Below are positions 9,577 through 22,552 of a DNA stretch of 64,000 nt, piece by piece. Position 1 is the stretch's first letter. Every line of letters starts with the position of its first letter. The stretch comes from Thermodesulfobacteriota bacterium (GTDB lineage Bacteria > Desulfobacterota_D > UBA1144 > Nemesobacterales > Nemesobacteraceae). Position numbers and translations under genes: made by a program. Where the stretch lies: positions 1,120,001 through 1,184,000 of the forward strand of contig OZ241855.1 of the NCBI GenBank assembly GCA_965202785.1. The letters are read 5' to 3'. Below the pieces are notes generated by a model. It had not been told where the DNA came from, did not search any database, and was given only the letters and a program-made list of their open reading frames with translations.

Positions 9577-10791
9577 ATGCAGAGAATTTTGAAGTTGCTG
9601 ATTCCGTGTTTTCTTGTTTTCCTATTATTTGGCTGCGGTTGCGGGGGAAAAGACGCTACAGACGGACAGGGTGAAGATCCTTTGGAACCGGAGTCACCGG
9701 AAGTTCCAGCTGCACCTTCGCCGCCTGAAGTTCCTACAGACCCAATGCTCTCGCACATATCTCTCCCTGAAGGCTTCTCCATTTCACTCTATTCAAACGA
9801 AGTACCCGGCGCGCGTTCGCTTGCACTTGGCGCCAAGGGCACATTGTTTGTCGGCACCAGGTCGAGGACCGTGTACGCCCTTAGCGATACAGACGGTGAT
9901 AATTATGCCGAAACCGTTCGTATAATCGCGGACAACCTCAATACTCCAAACGGCGTTGCGTTTCGAGACGGAGACCTTTACGTCGCGGAAATAAGCCGAA
10001 TTCTCCGCTATGACGATATCGAGGAACATCTCTCTTCCCCTCCGGACCCCGTAGTTATAATTGACACGCTTCCGAGGGATACACATCACGGGTGGAAGTT
10101 CATCCGATTCGGACCGGACGGAAAACTCTACGTTCCGGTCGGAGCGCCGTGCAACGTCTGCAAAAGAGACGACAGGCGCTACGCGGCGATCTCGAGAATT
10201 GATCCCGACGGGAGGAATCTTGAGGTTTTCGCCCATGGAGTGAGAAACACCGTGGGTTTTGACTGGCACCCGGAATCTGATGTGCTCTGGTTTACGGATA
10301 ACGGAAGGGATAACATCAGCAGAGACACGCAAATTAATGATAACAGCCCCCCGGACGAACTTAACCGTGCCGGGGAATCCGGACTTCATTTCGGTTTTCC
10401 TTACTGCCACGGGGCGAATGTTCAGGACCCGCGGTTCGGTTCGGAGCGCAGCTGTGAAGAGTTTACTCCTCCCCAGTGGGAACTTCCCGCGCACGTCGCG
10501 GCGCTCGGCATGCGGTTTTACACGGGTTCCATGTTCCCCGCGTCCTGGAGAAACGCGATTTTCATCGCGGAGCACGGTTCTTGGAACAGAAGCGTGCCCA
10601 CAGGTTACAGGGTGACCGCGGTACGCCTCAACGAATCGGGGAACGCGGCTTCATACGACGTGTTTGCGCAGGGGTGGCTCGGAAGCGACGGGACCGCCTG
10701 GGGAAGGCCGGTTGACGTACTCGTCACCCCGGATGGAGCTTTGCTTGTATCCGATGACCGCAGGGACGCTGTCTACAGGATTTCCCGCTGA
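9577..10791 (+). CDS. PQQ-dependent sugar/sorbosone dehydrogenase family lipoprotein
   Basis: Lipobox LFGC; HHGWKFIRFGPDGKLYVPVGAPCNVC, GVRNTVG, HGSWNRS, GRPVDV. Confidence 0.9.
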   Translation: MQRILKLLIPCFLVFLLFGCGCGGKDATDGQGEDPLEPESPEVPAAPSPPEVPTDPMLSHISLPEGFSISLYSNEVPGARSLALGAKGTLFVGTRSRTVYALSDTDGDNYAETVRIIADNLNTPNGVAFRDGDLYVAEISRILRYDDIEEHLSSPPDPVVIIDTLPRDTHHGWKFIRFGPDGKLYVPVGAPCNVCKRDDRRYAAISRIDPDGRNLEVFAHGVRNTVGFDWHPESDVLWFTDNGRDNISRDTQINDNSPPDELNRAGESGLHFGFPYCHGANVQDPRFGSERSCEEFTPPQWELPAHVAALGMRFYTGSMFPASWRNAIFIAEHGSWNRSVPTGYRVTAVRLNESGNAASYDVFAQGWLGSDGTAWGRPVDVLVTPDGALLVSDDRRDAVYRISR

Positions 10792-10864
10792 CATTTCCAC
10801 TGCATAACCGGAGTTTTTTGTCGTCTGAATTATTTGTAAAGGGGCTTATAATCCCCTAAACTAA

Positions 10865-12784
<1,920 letters not shown>

Positions 12785-12852
12785 GTTGGCGAACGGCAGC
12801 GGATGATATTGACGAAACAGCCCCTTTTTTAATAATACGCCTGTAGCGATTC

Positions 12853-13485
12853 TCAAGCAGACTCTTTCTTGAAATAAGCAATCCGCTGTTCCTTGGCGGT
12901 ATACGCTTTATCTATCAACTGCTCTTCGGTGAGGAACAGGTCTCGATGGCCTCCCATTCCCAATTGCTCTAACAAGCGCTTCATCGCAACGTCGTGCCGT
13001 TCCACCCGTCCATCTGCCAGAATATGCGCGATATCTAATCCTGCTTTCACTAATTCACGTGCTACAAGAATCGCCCTGTGACAGTCAAGCGGGTCTTTCT
13101 CCGCGCACATTAAAGCAATCTTCTTGTGTTTGCTGTCTTTACGGACCCACTCTATTCCTTCCCTGAACAGCTTGGTTTTGGCGAGCAATCGGTACTTTAC
13201 TCTTCCATTTTCGTAACATTCAGGATTATCGGTTCGCGCGCCAAGCTCCTTGCCAAGAAAAACATATTCGATGCTGTGCACACGAAGGGAGTCAATCAGA
13301 TTTTCGCGATTGAATTGCGGGTAATAGCGACTATACGGCACTGACCTCACATCCGCAACTGCCTTTATCCGGTGTTGCTTTAAAAGCGAAATGTAATTTC
13401 CGATCTCATGAGTCGAGTGACCTATTGTGTAAATTGTCCTTTCTTTCACTGATTCCATAATCGCGGACCCTGAGATAGCGTTCAC
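12853..13485 (-). CDS. DUF488 family protein (start may be ATG 13458)
   Basis: IYTIGHS, DVRSVPYSR, LGKELG, LMCAEKDPLDCHR. Confidence 0.88.
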   Translation of the reverse strand: MNAISGSAIMESVKERTIYTIGHSTHEIGNYISLLKQHRIKAVADVRSVPYSRYYPQFNRENLIDSLRVHSIEYVFLGKELGARTDNPECYENGRVKYRLLAKTKLFREGIEWVRKDSKHKKIALMCAEKDPLDCHRAILVARELVKAGLDIAHILADGRVERHDVAMKRLLEQLGMGGHRDLFLTEEQLIDKAYTAKEQRIAYFKKESA

Positions 13486-13533
13486 GTCGACAAAGCCGAA
13501 TTCAGAACTGAGTCGAGTAATTCTGTAAATTCG

Positions 13534-14148
13534 TCAAGGTTGTCGCTTAATTTCACGTTCCACGTCCGAAATAGTCTTCTTCAGGTTCGCGTAGCTGCAC
13601 TCGCGCGGCGAGAGTTTCTTCAGGGAACCTAGGCGAATGGTTTTTTGCTCCGGGCATCTTTGGTCAAGAACCTTAGTTGAAAGAACGTAAAAATCCCAGG
13701 CAGCAGTGTCAAGCGGGTTAAAAGGGGGCTTTTTCTTCGTAAAGACGCAGAATACGTACATGTCTGCCCAGCGCTGCTTAACGTCTCCTCCGGTACTCTC
13801 TCCGGTTGCGGGGTCCCAGCTCCAAAAGCGAGGAGCGATGGTGAATTCGATAGGGAAGTATTCTTTCTGCTTCCATGACTGCACGTACGCGGAGCTTTTG
13901 ACTTCAATTGTCGTGTCTGATTCCATGCGCAGGTCATACCCTCCCCATTCCACTCTAGGTTCTTTGTGAAGGTTGAGCGCCGTTGCGACGAGGAACTCCG
14001 CCAGAATCCCGCGGGTGGTATTGTCCAGAAGATTGGAACCTGACCATCTCCAGTAGTCAGACAGCTTCAGGGCGGGTGCACCCCCTCCCTGGAACGGTTC
14101 GTCGCCATCCAGCAGTTCGGTTTTCTGTTGAGACAGTCCGTCGTTCAT
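13534..14148 (-). CDS. Putative PD-(D/E)XK nuclease-fold protein
   Basis: RGILAEFLV...YDL...IEVKSS pattern of a restriction-endonuclease-like fold. Confidence 0.6.
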   Translation of the reverse strand: MNDGLSQQKTELLDGDEPFQGGGAPALKLSDYWRWSGSNLLDNTTRGILAEFLVATALNLHKEPRVEWGGYDLRMESDTTIEVKSSAYVQSWKQKEYFPIEFTIAPRFWSWDPATGESTGGDVKQRWADMYVFCVFTKKKPPFNPLDTAAWDFYVLSTKVLDQRCPEQKTIRLGSLKKLSPRECSYANLKKTISDVEREIKRQP

Positions 14149-14467
14149 GAATACAGCATACATTGTGAGGCCGTATTCGGAAAACATGGTGCTTAATGTC
14201 TTTACCGGTGCGCTTGCCAAGACTATAACAGAAATTTTTACGCAGAAAGCAGGAAGTTTTCCATGCTGCCTGATATGTGAAAACTGCCCGGATTCTTCCT
14301 GAGCATTCGTGGTGCTTTGACGGTTGGAACAAGTCTTCCCTCTTGGTGTATTTTTGCCGTAATCTTCCGTATAATTTATTGTAGGTAGCGAGAAAGAGGA
14401 TTAAGCTGTGCGGAATTGGCTCAGTTGCTATGTGTAAAGTTTCTCTGAACCTTAATGCCATGAACAA

Positions 14468-14770
14468 ATGAGTGTGCAAATAGATATACCAAAAGAGATG
14501 GTTGCGGAATTCTGTCGCCGTAACCGCATAACGCGGCTGTCGCTTTTCGGTTCAGCGATCAGGGATGATTTTGGCCCCGACAGCGATATAGATGTACTGG
14601 TGGAATTCGAGCGGGACACTCGAATCGGTTTTATTACGCTTGCGGGATTGGAAATTGAACTGACCGAAATCCTGGGTCGCAACGCGGAACTGCACACCGT
14701 GAAAGGACTTCATCCCAGATTTCGAGATGAAGTGTTGCGGTTGGCAGAGGTGCAGTATGAGCAGGCGTGA
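14468..14770 (+). CDS. Minimal nucleotidyltransferase (MNT/MntA-type antitoxin)
   Basis: LFGSAIRDDFGPDSDIDVLVEF (GSx10DxD). Confidence 0.9.
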   Translation: MSVQIDIPKEMVAEFCRRNRITRLSLFGSAIRDDFGPDSDIDVLVEFERDTRIGFITLAGLEIELTEILGRNAELHTVKGLHPRFRDEVLRLAEVQYEQA

Positions 14771-14867
14771 TGATCATACGAGCATCTGGGATAGGCTCAG
14801 TCATGCGAGAGAAGAAATTTCCAGACCTCTGGACTGCATAAGAACTCTTTATGTTTCAGTAGTTTGA
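14757..14867 (+). pseudogene. Truncated HEPN/DUF86 (HepT-like) toxin remnant
   Basis: ORF overlapping the MNT end, MSRRDDHTSIWDRLSHARE..., resembles DUF86 N-termini but stops at 36 aa with no RxxxxH motif. Confidence 0.6.
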
Positions 14868-15069
14868 TCTTGTTTTGGAACGGGCTATTGCTCGTGAATA
14901 CAGAACACATTGGAAGCTGTATACGGAAAACTTGGTATACGTACCCTAGCTAACTCGGTCATCAAGGTCACGACGCAAAATTCTATTCGGAAATCCATAG
15001 TCTCTCCATGTTGCCTGTCAGCTTGTTATTAAGTATATACTTGCAACCTGTTACAAGCTTTTCCGTTCC

Positions 15070-18000
15070 ATGCCCAAGCGAACTGACATAAAAACCATAA
15101 TGGTCATCGGCTCCGGTCCGATAGTCATAGGACAGGCCTGCGAGTTTGACTATTCAGGCACCCAGGCGTGCAAGGTGCTTAAGGAAGAAGGCTACAGGGT
15201 GGTTCTGGTGAACAGCAACCCGGCCACCATAATGACCGACCCGGATTTTGCCGATAGCACTTACGTGGAACCGCTCGTTCCCGAAATACTGGAAAAAATA
15301 ATAGAGAAGGAAAAGCCCGATGCCCTTCTGCCCACGATAGGCGGACAAACAGCTCTTAACCTTGCCGTTTCGCTTGCCGAATCAGGCGCGCTTGAGCGCC
15401 ACAACGTGGAACTCATAGGCGCGAAAATCCCGGCGATAAAAAAAGCCGAGAACAGGGATCTTTTTAAAAAAGCCATAGCGGACATAGGCCTTGAGGTGCC
15501 TAGAAGCGGCATCGCGCATAATATGGAAGAGGCTTGGGACGTCGTGGAGGAAATAGGGTTTCCGGTCATCATACGGCCTTCTTTTACCCTTGGAGGAACC
15601 GGCGGAAGCGTCGCCTACAACAAAGAGGAATTCCAGGAGTTCGCCAAGGCGGGAATCGAAAGCTCTCCGGCAAGCGAGATACTCATAGAGGAATCCATAG
15701 TGGGGTGGAAGGAATTTGAATACGAGGTAATGCGGGATCACATGGATAACGTCGTCATAATCTGCTCCATAGAGAATTTCGATGCCATGGGCGTTCACAC
15801 GGGAGACAGCATAACGGTAGCTCCCGCACAGACTCTTACCGACAAGGAATACCAGCATATGCGCGACGCGTCCATAGCGATAATAAGGGAAATCGGCGTT
15901 GAAACAGGCGGCTCGAACATCCAGTTCGCGGTTAACCCCAAAGACGGGCGGATGATGGTGATAGAGATGAATCCGAGGGTTTCGCGAAGCTCCGCGCTTG
16001 CCTCAAAAGCCACCGGGTTTCCGATCGCCAAGATAGCCGCGAAGCTTGCAGTCGGCTATTCTCTCGATGAGATCTCAAACGATATAACGAAGTACACCCC
16101 CGCGTCTTTTGAACCGACGATAGATTACGTTGTGGTGAAAATACCGAGGTTCGCGTTTGAGAAGTTTCCGAAGACGAGCCCGACTCTCACCACGCAGATG
16201 AAATCAGTGGGGGAAGCCATGTCCATGGGAAGGACTTTCAAGGAGTCTCTGCAGAAGGCGATGAGATCTCTTGAAATAGATTCCTACGGTTTTGAGAAGG
16301 TGTCTGATGACCCCGAAGAGGTAAGGGAAGAACTCAGGGTTCCCTCCCCTCGTCGGCTCTGGTACATAGCCGACGCATTTCGTCTGGGCATGGACTTGGA
16401 GGAAATCTACTCGATCTCTCACGTGGACCCGTGGTTTCTTAGGAATATAAAGCAGATCGTCGATTTCGAATCGGATATTGCTAAGGACGGGTTTAACCGC
16501 GAGACCATACTCGAGGCCAAGCGCCACGGTTTTTCCGACATTGAGATCGCAAGGATTCTTTCCACGGAAGAAGGGGAAGTGAGGGATTTCCGTCTGCGCG
16601 AGGGAATTGAGCCTGCTTTTAAGATGGTTGATACCTGCGCCGCCGAATTCGAGGCTTACACACCTTATCTCTACTCGACTTTCGAGAGCGAAAGCGAAGC
16701 GTTTCCCACGGACAGAAAAAAAGTTGTGATACTTGGCGGGGGACCGAACCGCATAGGTCAGGGCATAGAGTTTGACTATTGTTGCGTGCACGCGTCTTTT
16801 GCGCTCCGGGAAGAAGGGTACGAGGCCGTTATGGTTAACTGCAATCCCGAGACCGTGAGCACGGATTACGACACCTCGGACAGGCTTTATTTTGAACCGC
16901 TTACGCTTGAAGACACCTTGGCCCTTATAAGAAGGGAAGACCCATGGGGAGTCATAGTTCACCTTGGGGGCCAGACCCCACTTCGCCTAGCCCTCGCGCT
17001 TGAGGAGGAGGGGGCGAAAATAATAGGAACTTCCCCCGAGAGCATAGATCTTGCCGAGGACAGGGACAGATTCAGAAAGCTCGTTTCGGATCTGGAACTC
17101 CTCCAGCCCCAAAGCGATACCGCGAGAAGCGAAGGGGAAGCCATTGGCATAGCTCGCGAAATAGGATATCCGGTCATGGTCCGCCCGTCTTACGTTCTGG
17201 GCGGTCGTGCCATGGAGGTAGTTTACGACGAGGAGTCTCTTCGGACTTACATACGGGAAGCCGCGAGCGTTTCGCCGAACCACCCGATATTGATAGACAA
17301 GTTCCTGAAGGACGCAAAGGAAGTCGACGTGGACGCGGTCTGCGACGGGAAAACCGTTGTTGTGGGCGGGGTGCTCGAGCACATCGAGGAAGCAGGGGTT
17401 CATTCCGGAGACAGTGCGGCGATTCTGCCCCCGTTTTCGATGGAACCTGAGATTATCGAGGAAATAAAATCCCAGACCAAAAAACTTGCGCTTTCCCTGA
17501 ATGTGAAAGGGCTTGTTAACATCCAGTTTGCCGTAAAGGACGGAAAGGTTTACATAATCGAGGTAAATCCCAGAGCGAGCCGCACCGTTCCTTTCGTGAG
17601 TAAGGCCATAGGGGTTCAGTTAGCTAAAATAGGGACCAAGGTGATGACTGGAAAATCTCTTGAGGAACTTGGCTACACGGAGGAAATCGTCCCGGAGCAC
17701 TACTGCGTAAAGGAATCAGTCTTTCCTTTCGTCAAGTTCCCGGAAGTTGATACGATTCTGGGCCCGGAAATGAAATCCACCGGCGAGGTCATGGGAATTG
17801 CTCCCGACCTTGACCAGGCGTTTGCCAAATCCCAGATTGCGGCCGGCAACAGCCTTCCCTCCAGCGGAGTGGCCTTCATAAGCGTAAAAGACGAGGACAA
17901 GTCCGACAAGATGCTTGATATAGCCCAGAGGCTAAGTGATACCGGTTTTGATATAATGGCTACCGGGGGCACATCTGAATTTCTCAATAAAAATGGTATA

Positions 18001-18258
18001 TTTTCCCGAACGGTGAAAAAGGTTAAGCAGGGCCGTCCCCACATAGTCGATCACCTTAAAAACGGTGAGGTGCAGTTGGTTATAAATACCACTTTCGGGA
18101 AAAAGGAGATCGCGCAGTCATATTCGATAAGAAGGACCGCGCTTATAAACAATGTTCCTTACTTTACCACTCTCGCTGGCGCGGTCGCCGGAGTCAGTGC
18201 TATCGAGGCCTTGGTGAGAATCGGTCTCGACGTAAAGGCTCTGCAAAGCTACTATTAA
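15070..18258 (+). CDS. carB: Carbamoyl-phosphate synthase large subunit
   Basis: MPKRTDIK...[10 protein letters not shown], two ATP-grasp domains, C-terminal MGS domain. Confidence 0.99.
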   Translation: MPKRTDIKTIMVIGSGPIVIGQACEFDYSGTQACKVLKEEGYRVVLVNSNPATIMTDPDFADSTYVEPLVPEILEKIIEKEKPDALLPTIGGQTALNLAVSLAESGALERHNVELIGAKIPAIKKAENRDLFKKAIADIGLEVPRSGIAHNMEEAWDVVEEIGFPVIIRPSFTLGGTGGSVAYNKEEFQEFAKAGIESSPASEILIEESIVGWKEFEYEVMRDHMDNVVIICSIENFDAMGVHTGDSITVAPAQTLTDKEYQHMRDASIAIIREIGVETGGSNIQFAVNPKDGRMMVIEMNPRVSRSSALASKATGFPIAKIAAKLAVGYSLDEISNDITKYTPASFEPTIDYVVVKIPRFAFEKFPKTSPTLTTQMKSVGEAMSMGRTFKESLQKAMRSLEIDSYGFEKVSDDPEEVREELRVPSPRRLWYIADAFRLGMDLEEIYSISHVDPWFLRNIKQIVDFESDIAKDGFNRETILEAKRHGFSDIEIARILSTEEGEVRDFRLREGIEPAFKMVDTCAAEFEAYTPYLYSTFESESEAFPTDRKKVVILGGGPNRIGQGIEFDYCCVHASFALREEGYEAVMVNCNPETVSTDYDTSDRLYFEPLTLEDTLALIRREDPWGVIVHLGGQTPLRLALALEEEGAKIIGTSPESIDLAEDRDRFRKLVSDLELLQPQSDTARSEGEAIGIAREIGYPVMVRPSYVLGGRAMEVVYDEESLRTYIREAASVSPNHPILIDKFLKDAKEVDVDAVCDGKTVVVGGVLEHIEEAGVHSGDSAAILPPFSMEPEIIEEIKSQTKKLALSLNVKGLVNIQFAVKDGKVYIIEVNPRASRTVPFVSKAIGVQLAKIGTKVMTGKSLEELGYTEEIVPEHYCVKESVFPFVKFPEVDTILGPEMKSTGEVMGIAPDLDQAFAKSQIAAGNSLPSSGVAFISVKDEDKSDKMLDIAQRLSDTGFDIMATGGTSEFLNKNGIFSRTVKKVKQGRPHIVDHLKNGEVQLVINTTFGKKEIAQSYSIRRTALINNVPYFTTLAGAVAGVSAIEALVRIGLDVKALQSYY

Positions 18259-18293
18259 CACGGCTGGGGTATGATTGAGGCGAGGAGGAGATA

Positions 18294-18773
18294 TTGATGA
18301 GTGTCCAAAGAGTTCTAATTACTCCTGATGGCTGGAAAAAGCTTCGGGACGAACTGCACAGGTTAAAAACCGTCGAAAGACAGGAAGTAATCAAGCTTAT
18401 AGAATATGCGAGGTCCCTCGGGGATCTTTCCGAAAACGCCGAGTACGAGACTGCCAAGCAGAGACAGTCGTTCATAGAGGGAAGGATACAGGAAATAGAA
18501 GATCGCCTTGGCCGCGCGGAAGTAATTGACCCCGAAAAAATCACTGCCCGGGACAGGGTGGTTTTCGGTCTTACGGTTACGGTGGAGGATATCGATTCCG
18601 GGGACATAAAAAAGTACAAGCTTGTGGGAGAGGATGAATCCGAGCCCGAAGATGGCTTTATATCGGTTACCTCTCCGGTCGGCAGTGCGCTTATCGGGAA
18701 GAGAGTCGATGACGAGATACAGGTCAGGGTTCCCGGGGGAATTAAGGAATTTCTGGTTATTAATATAGAATAA
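18294..18773 (+). CDS. greA: Transcription elongation factor GreA
   Basis: GDLSENAEY, ISVTSPVGSALIGK. Confidence 0.96.
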   Translation: MMSVQRVLITPDGWKKLRDELHRLKTVERQEVIKLIEYARSLGDLSENAEYETAKQRQSFIEGRIQEIEDRLGRAEVIDPEKITARDRVVFGLTVTVEDIDSGDIKKYKLVGEDESEPEDGFISVTSPVGSALIGKRVDDEIQVRVPGGIKEFLVINIE

Positions 18774-18782
18774 TCTTTTGGT

Positions 18783-19364
18783 ATGGGCAGGCCGGTTGAC
18801 AATCTCAAGAAATTCATACTGTTTTCAATCGTCTTCCATGTTCTTATATCTATTGCTTGGGGGAAGATTGTCGTGCAGAAGAGTGTTCCCGTGTACGGCG
18901 ATCACATAGAGGTTTCCCTGAGGCATTTTGAATTCAAAAAACCCGCACCCGCAAAAAAAGTCGTAAAGAAAAAAAAGGTTGTTAAGAAGAAAAAAGAAAA
19001 AGCCGTAAAGGAAGTGAAAAAGCGGGATGATTCCATAGCGCTTAAAAAGGAAGCAAAACCCGCCCCGGAGGAGCAATCCGAAGAGAGTTATGCCATCGCG
19101 AGGCCATCTTACGGTTTCACCCCCAGACCTGGCTATCCCGCGGTTGCCATAAGGCGCGGTTACGAGGGCAGCGTGTTGCTTAATGTGCATGTGCTTCCGA
19201 ACGGGAAGCCCGAGGAAGTAACCGTCTTCAGGTCCTCCGGTCACAAGGTTCTTGATAATGCTGCTTTGAAGGCTGTAAGAAAGTGGAAATTCGTACCGGC
19301 GCAAAGAGGCTTCAAGGCAGTTTCAAGCTGGGTCAAGGTTCCGATAGAGTTTCGGCTGGAATGA
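18783..19364 (+). CDS. TonB family energy transducer
   Basis: N-terminal TM with SxxxH, Lys-rich linker, YPAVA..RGYEG.V, SSGH..LD, WKF.PA. Confidence 0.88.
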   Translation: MGRPVDNLKKFILFSIVFHVLISIAWGKIVVQKSVPVYGDHIEVSLRHFEFKKPAPAKKVVKKKKVVKKKKEKAVKEVKKRDDSIALKKEAKPAPEEQSEESYAIARPSYGFTPRPGYPAVAIRRGYEGSVLLNVHVLPNGKPEEVTVFRSSGHKVLDNAALKAVRKWKFVPAQRGFKAVSSWVKVPIEFRLE

Positions 19365-19428
19365 GGCTTAACCATCTGCCGGGAGTTTCCGGGATTTTCT
19401 TTCGGGGTCGGGGTCTCCTGTTTTTTTC

Positions 19429-19917
19429 ATGAGAAATTATCTAAGCGTGTTCGTTATATCTTTTCTGGTAGTATTGCTTGACCAGCTGACCAAGTGGCTC
19501 GTTAAGGCCCACGTGCCGTTTCTATCGAGGGTAAACGTGTTTTCATGGTTCGATATAACGCATTTGCGAAATCCGGGAATCGCGTTTGGCATGTTAAGGA
19601 ACATGTCTGAAGATATAAGGCTTTATTTTTATATAGTTGTTTTCGTTTTGGTGCTGATCGTGATTTTTTTCTTTCTTCGCAGACTTGAAGAGGAGCAGAG
19701 AGTTTTTCGATATGCGCTTGCCTTTGTGCTGGGGGGAGCTATCGGAAACTCAATAGACAGGTTTACCTACGGATACGTGACCGATTTTATCGCGGTCTAC
19801 TGGCCAGGGAACCCGGACCTGCTCTGGCCTCCTTTTAACGTGGCCGACTCTGCGATCACGGTCGGAGCGATTTCGATCCTGATTTCCGGAGTCGTGTGGC
19901 GGGGCAAGGAGAATTGA
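19429..19917 (+). CDS. lspA: Signal peptidase II
   Basis: LDQLTK, NPGIAFG, GGAIGNSIDR, FNVADSAI. Confidence 0.96.
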   Translation: MRNYLSVFVISFLVVLLDQLTKWLVKAHVPFLSRVNVFSWFDITHLRNPGIAFGMLRNMSEDIRLYFYIVVFVLVLIVIFFFLRRLEEEQRVFRYALAFVLGGAIGNSIDRFTYGYVTDFIAVYWPGNPDLLWPPFNVADSAITVGAISILISGVVWRGKEN

Positions 19918-20550
19918 ATGTTTAGCGGTATAGTTGAAGACATTGGAACAGTCCAGGCGCTTGAGGAAAAGGACAAGGGCGTTCTTTTAAGAATCGGGAT
20001 TCGGAAGATCGATGCCGGGGAACTGGATCTGGGGGAGAGCGTGGCCGTAAACGGTATATGCCTTACGGTAGTTTCTGCAGGAGACGGTAGTTTTTCCGTT
20101 GACGCGTCCCACGAAACGCTTTCCAGAACAAACCTTTCCGGCCTCCGGGCGGGGAGCGGAGTGAATCTCGAGAGATCTCTTCGGGTCGGAGACAGGATGG
20201 GTGGACATATCGTCACGGGCCACGTGGACGGAGTCGGGGTCGTTCAGTCCATTACTCCGGTAGGAGAATCCAAGGTTTTTTCCTTCTCGATTCCCGCAGC
20301 CCTTGCGAAATATGTGGTCGAGAAAGGATCGGTCGCTGTTGACGGCGTAAGTCTCACCGTCAATTCGGTAAAAGACACTGAGTTTTCGGTAAACATAATT
20401 CCCTACACGCTTCGGGAGACGACTTTTTCCGAATTTCGCCGGGGTAGGGAAGTCAATGTAGAGTGCGACATAATAGGTAAGTATGTTGAGAAAATGCTCT
20501 CCGGCACAAAACCCCCTGCCGAGGGTTCTCCCGTCGGAAGAAAGTTGTAG
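19918..20550 (+). CDS. ribE: Riboflavin synthase (alpha chain)
   Basis: MFSGIVE, SVAVNGICLTV, GGHIVTGHVD, VDGVSLTV. Confidence 0.95.
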   Translation: MFSGIVEDIGTVQALEEKDKGVLLRIGIRKIDAGELDLGESVAVNGICLTVVSAGDGSFSVDASHETLSRTNLSGLRAGSGVNLERSLRVGDRMGGHIVTGHVDGVGVVQSITPVGESKVFSFSIPAALAKYVVEKGSVAVDGVSLTVNSVKDTEFSVNIIPYTLRETTFSEFRRGREVNVECDIIGKYVEKMLSGTKPPAEGSPVGRKL

Positions 20551-20556
20551 GTTGAT

Positions 20557-21069
20557 TTGAGCGAGAAACGACATATTTTTCTTACGGGGTTTATGGGAGC
20601 GGGCAAAACAAGCGTCGGCAGGGAGCTTTCCGGAAAACTGCGAATGGATTTCTACGATCTTGACAGTGAAGTGGAGCGGGCCGAAGGTCTCTCTGTAACC
20701 GAGATTTTTGAAGCGGAGGGAGAAGAGAGCTTCAGGCGGAAGGAAACTGAGATGCTCGCCATCTTTTCGCAGAAAACATCCCCGGCCGTGATCTCAACGG
20801 GGGGAGGTGCGGTTCTGCGAGAGCAGAATCGCGAAATAATGGAGGCCTCAGGTGAGATTTTCTATCTGCGGGCGGATATCGATACCCTCTGGAACAGGGT
20901 GAGGAGCAAGGAGGGGAGGCCCCTTCTTCATGTCAAGGACCCTAGGGCCGAGTTCTATGAGCTTTTCATGAAAAGAAAGGACATTTACGAACTCTCGCCG
21001 CATATTGTTTTTACGGATGATATGAGCATCTCCGAAGTTGCTGATAAAATAATCGGGATGCTCGAATGA
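20557..21069 (+). CDS. aroK: Shikimate kinase
   Basis: GFMGAGKTSVG, STGGG, RPLL. Confidence 0.95.
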   Translation: MSEKRHIFLTGFMGAGKTSVGRELSGKLRMDFYDLDSEVERAEGLSVTEIFEAEGEESFRRKETEMLAIFSQKTSPAVISTGGGAVLREQNREIMEASGEIFYLRADIDTLWNRVRSKEGRPLLHVKDPRAEFYELFMKRKDIYELSPHIVFTDDMSISEVADKIIGMLE

Positions 21070-22535
21070 AACTGGAGGCTTTAACTATGAAAAAAACCGT
21101 TTTCCTGTTTTTTGCTGTTTGTCTTTTGCTTTTGGGTTCTCTTTCGTGCGCTAAAGTAGAGGAAGACGAAGAAAGCTCTGGATCCCTGTCGCGCGAAAAC
21201 ATACCGGAACTTCTCTCTTCTTCCGGCTCTTCTGAAAAGTTTCCCTCCCTTGCAGGTCTTGTCGAAAAACAAAAGCATTCTGTCGTGAACATAAGCACCA
21301 CGAGTGTCGTAAAGCGGGGAAAGGCAGTCCCTGATTTCGGCGAAGGAGACCCTTTCGAGGAATTTTTCAAAAGATTTTTTCCGAATGACCGGGAACGAGA
21401 GTTCAGGAAAAAGGGCCTGGGCTCCGGGTTCATAGTCAGCAAAGACGGCTACATAGTTACCAACAACCATGTGATCAGCAGAGCAGAAGATATACAGGTC
21501 GTTCTCTACGACGGGTCGAGGTATACGGCCGAGATTGTGGGACAGGACGCGAAAACGGACCTTGCGGTTCTAAAGATAAAGGCTGAAAAAAAGTTAAAGC
21601 CAGTTGTTTTCGGAGATTCGGACAAGCTTAGAATCGGCGACTGGGTCATGGCGATTGGAAATCCCTTCGGACTCGGCTACACCGTGACGGTCGGAATAGT
21701 GAGCGCGAAAGGAAGGTCTCTGGGTCTCGGGGCCTACGATGATTTTATTCAGACCGATGCGTCTCTCAACCCCGGAAACAGCGGAGGTCCGCTTTTTAGC
21801 CTTGGAGGGGATGTGGTCGGTGTTAACACCGCGATAGCGTCTAGAGGACAAGGAATAGGTTTTTCTATCCCAACCAACATGGCCAAGGGGGTCATATCCC
21901 AGCTCATGGAAAAGGGCAAGGTGGTCAGGGGGTGGCTGGGAGTCATTATTCAGCCTATAACGCAGGAGATAGCCGAGAGCATAGGGCATAAGAGCACCGA
22001 CGGAGCTCTTATATCCGATATAAGCCCGGGAAGCCCCGCGGAGAAAGCGGGTCTGCGGAGAGGGGACGTGGTAGTGAAATTTGACGGAGAGCCTATAAGA
22101 GAGTTTACGTCTTTATCCAAGCTCGTGGGAATGAAAGCTCCCGGCACTTCTTCTGAAATCACGATTCTCCGCGACGGGGAGCGCAAGGAGATTTCCGTTG
22201 TTCTCGGCAAGATGCCGGATGAAGAGGCTCCTGCGGAGTCCCGGCGGGACGAAGATATTGAATTAAGCGATATTACCCCGGATATTGCCGCACGGTTCGG
22301 CGTTGAGGATAAGGCCGGAGTGCTGGTTACGAACGTAAACCGTGGCAGCTCGGCTTGGGAGGCGGGATTTCGTTCCGGGGATGTGATACTGGAGGTTAAC
22401 AAGAGCGCCGTGGCGAACCTTGAAGACTACAACAAGATCATAAGCGGCCTGAAACCCGGAAAGCAGTATCTTTTTCTGGTAAAAAAAGGTAAAAACACGA
22501 TTTACATCGGCTATGCTCCCAAAAATAAACAGTAG
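21066..22535 (+). CDS. Do/DegP/DegQ family serine protease with two PDZ domains
   Basis: GSGFI, TNNHV, DLAV, GNSGGPL, RGWLGV. Confidence 0.95.
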   Translation: MKLEALTMKKTVFLFFAVCLLLLGSLSCAKVEEDEESSGSLSRENIPELLSSSGSSEKFPSLAGLVEKQKHSVVNISTTSVVKRGKAVPDFGEGDPFEEFFKRFFPNDREREFRKKGLGSGFIVSKDGYIVTNNHVISRAEDIQVVLYDGSRYTAEIVGQDAKTDLAVLKIKAEKKLKPVVFGDSDKLRIGDWVMAIGNPFGLGYTVTVGIVSAKGRSLGLGAYDDFIQTDASLNPGNSGGPLFSLGGDVVGVNTAIASRGQGIGFSIPTNMAKGVISQLMEKGKVVRGWLGVIIQPITQEIAESIGHKSTDGALISDISPGSPAEKAGLRRGDVVVKFDGEPIREFTSLSKLVGMKAPGTSSEITILRDGERKEISVVLGKMPDEEAPAESRRDEDIELSDITPDIAARFGVEDKAGVLVTNVNRGSSAWEAGFRSGDVILEVNKSAVANLEDYNKIISGLKPGKQYLFLVKKGKNTIYIGYAPKNKQ

Positions 22536-22552
22536 CGGGAGACTTTCGCTGA

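Noticed and set aside
13486-13533. Palindrome between accessory genes as an integron attC site
   Set aside because: Too short, lacks RYYYAAC/GTTRRRY boxes, and no integron integrase is present
12806-15058. Possible duplicated promoter-like sequence around the DUF488/MNT islet
   Set aside because: Low, gapped identity in AT-rich sequence
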